Assembly: GCA_964036045.1 (NCBI GenBank) | Contig: OZ038379.1 | Location: 26,226,001 to 26,290,000 of the forward strand | From: Eutreptiella sp. 'Long Island Sound 2002' | Taxonomy: Eukaryota > Protista > Euglenida | DNA: 64,000 nucleotides | Direction of reading: 5' to 3' | Shown: piece after piece, positions 62,213-64,000 of the stretch | Numbering within the stretch: position 1 is the first letter of the stretch | Layout: each line of letters opens with the position of its first letter | Made by a program: the position numbers and the translations under genes | Notes under the pieces: generated by a model | Databases searched by the model: none | Seen by the model: only the letters and a program-made list of their open reading frames with translations | What the model was told of the DNA's origin: nothing

Positions 62213-62839
62213 CCCCCCCCCCCCGTACAAGAACATGCGCGTGTTCTTATTTATTTGCGTGTTCTTATTTTTTGCGTGTTCTTATTTCTTAGACCTTGGT
62301 GTGCAGTGTTCCCAGCGCCCTTTGTTTGCAGAAATATGGCAGAGTTGAATGTTGATGACCCCTCCTTTTGGTTTAATGATGTTTTGGCTGCCAGAGATGA
62401 GGACGAGGCCATTGTGGATGAGTGCTATGAGGCGGCCACGGATGCCTCAGACTATGCTGGCAGTATCAGTGAGGGTGACAGTGACCCTGACCACGTTGAA
62501 CTGTGTGATGATCAACCTGAATTCTGTGATGATCAACGTGATTCTGAATTTTTTTGATGGGGTGGGGGCTGAAGCAGTGGAGGGAAGCACATGCCACCAT
62601 CAGTTGTATCTGCAGATGGCAGAGAACAAAAAAAAGTGGACCGCGGCCGACGCTCGTAATGCGTTTGTGGACTTGAGCCACAGGGGTTTGAAGATGGCAA
62701 AGTCCAAGATTGACATGTCGACCAATTGGGACCCTAGGACCCCGGGGCCGGCTGCGTGTTCTTATTTTTGACTAAATAATAAGAACATGGGTGCGTGTTC
62801 TTATTTTGACCGCGTGTTCTTGTACGGGGGGGGGGGGGG
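62213..62839. mobile_element. ~630-bp non-autonomous TIR element with an acidic ORF remnant
   Basis: TIR C12+GTACAAGAACA(T/C)GCG at both ends. Subterminal GCGTGTTCTT repeats, three at each end. Frameshifted ORF beginning MAELNVDDPSFW at ~62336. Confidence 0.7.
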
Positions 62840-64000
62840 TTTAGTGCCTTCGCCTTGTGCAAGGGTCGCTGTGAGGAGGGGGCTGCAAGATCTGCCTCCA
62901 GTGGATCTCTGATGATTGCTCACCGACCACATCCTCGGCGCTACCAATGTTCATCCCAACCTTCACAGGTATGTTCTACATCTTCCTCTTCTTCCCCCAA
63001 ACAAAAAGGTTGTGCAACACCCTCCTCGTTTGTTGGATTGCCCTCAATCTCCGCCTCCACCTCCTCCTCGTTGTCTGTATACAGTTCCAGAGCGGGACTG
63101 AAGTCTTCCAGAATGGACATTCCAAGGGATGAAAAGGCATGTAAAAGGCAAGAATGGGGTTCTGCATCCAGCTATCGCTGTAGTGAAGTTCCATGATCCA
63201 AAATGTGCCATGACACGTTCTAACTTTGCGTCCTAGTCTATCATTTGGTAAATCACATCAACACCGGTACATTTGTTTGGAGTCATCGAAATTGTACGTG
63301 GTTCGTGCGCGACCGAGAAAGACGATGGCAACATGCGCGCAACCGCATTGTCCGTTGATACTTGTGTGTCATTTCACTTTTGTGCCCTCAACAATGCAGG
63401 GTGGGACAAAGTGTGTCATTGCGAAATCTTGTAACCACATATTTGTGTGCCATTGTTGTATTTTGCTCAGAAATATATCAATGATACATTGTTGTGTTCT
63501 TCCAGATGCAACAACGGCAAAATGAGGCAAGGACATGCATGCGTCATCTGTTGTGTGTCCGGAGAATGGCCGGTTATCTTTGTACGCATGTCATTCTGAC
63601 GGACATTAGTCAACTAACTCTAGTTTGTCCTTGTTCTTATTAACTTGTTGTAGTGATACACTGCTGCATGCAGCCCCTACATCGACCCTTGGACCCCGGG
63701 GCTCGTGTTAGGACAACACATCGGTCAAGGAAGACCAAGAGACCCTCTACATAGACACCACCACATCCGTGTCCTTGCAAAATTGGCAACAACACACTTC
63801 CGTGTGCTGCTAATAAAGCTTGAATGGGCACATGTGTCGATGCAAACATCCGCAACGACATGTATGTGCTTGCGACATTTTGCCAGGACACACATGTATC
63901 CTTTGCGAATTTTGCAAGGACACGTGCGTGTCATGCCGAAATCCTGCAATGACACAAGTAAAACAACACACAAATCATTTTTTGAGTCCCAAGAAAATTA

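Overview
Eukaryotic, repeat-rich genomic DNA with GT-AG spliceosomal introns and long (TA)n/(CA)n tracts; the taxon cannot be determined from this window. The centrepiece is a ~20.5-kb Helitron-like element (~9.3-29.9 kb, all genes on +). It encodes a ~2,500-aa Rep(HUH)-PIF1 helicase with SAP, Ulp1-like protease and DnaJ domains, plus cargo: two tandem copies of a GRF-zinc-finger/HSP20-like gene, an UPF1-type SF1 helicase fused to an AlkB-like 2OG-Fe(II) oxygenase, and an F-box/LRR gene. One bulged hairpin (AGGTGTACTC-TTAACG-GAGTTACCT, 31 copies counted by eye, with compensatory base changes) sits 12-14 nt upstream of every start codon of the element and also forms intergenic arrays. The element also holds a ~470-nt island of consecutive stems, and three of its genes each carry a single in-frame TAG with homology continuing beyond it. 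Flanks: a decayed LINE (1-6.2 kb), TA-associated repeats (6.5-9.3 kb), decayed Penelope-like elements with an unusual FRDN RT motif (29.9-39.1 kb), MITEs and minisatellites, a multi-exon host LRR gene (47.7-53.1 kb, minus), and a decayed intron-containing gene with a SAP exon (58-64 kb). All domain calls are by motif recognition, not database searches.
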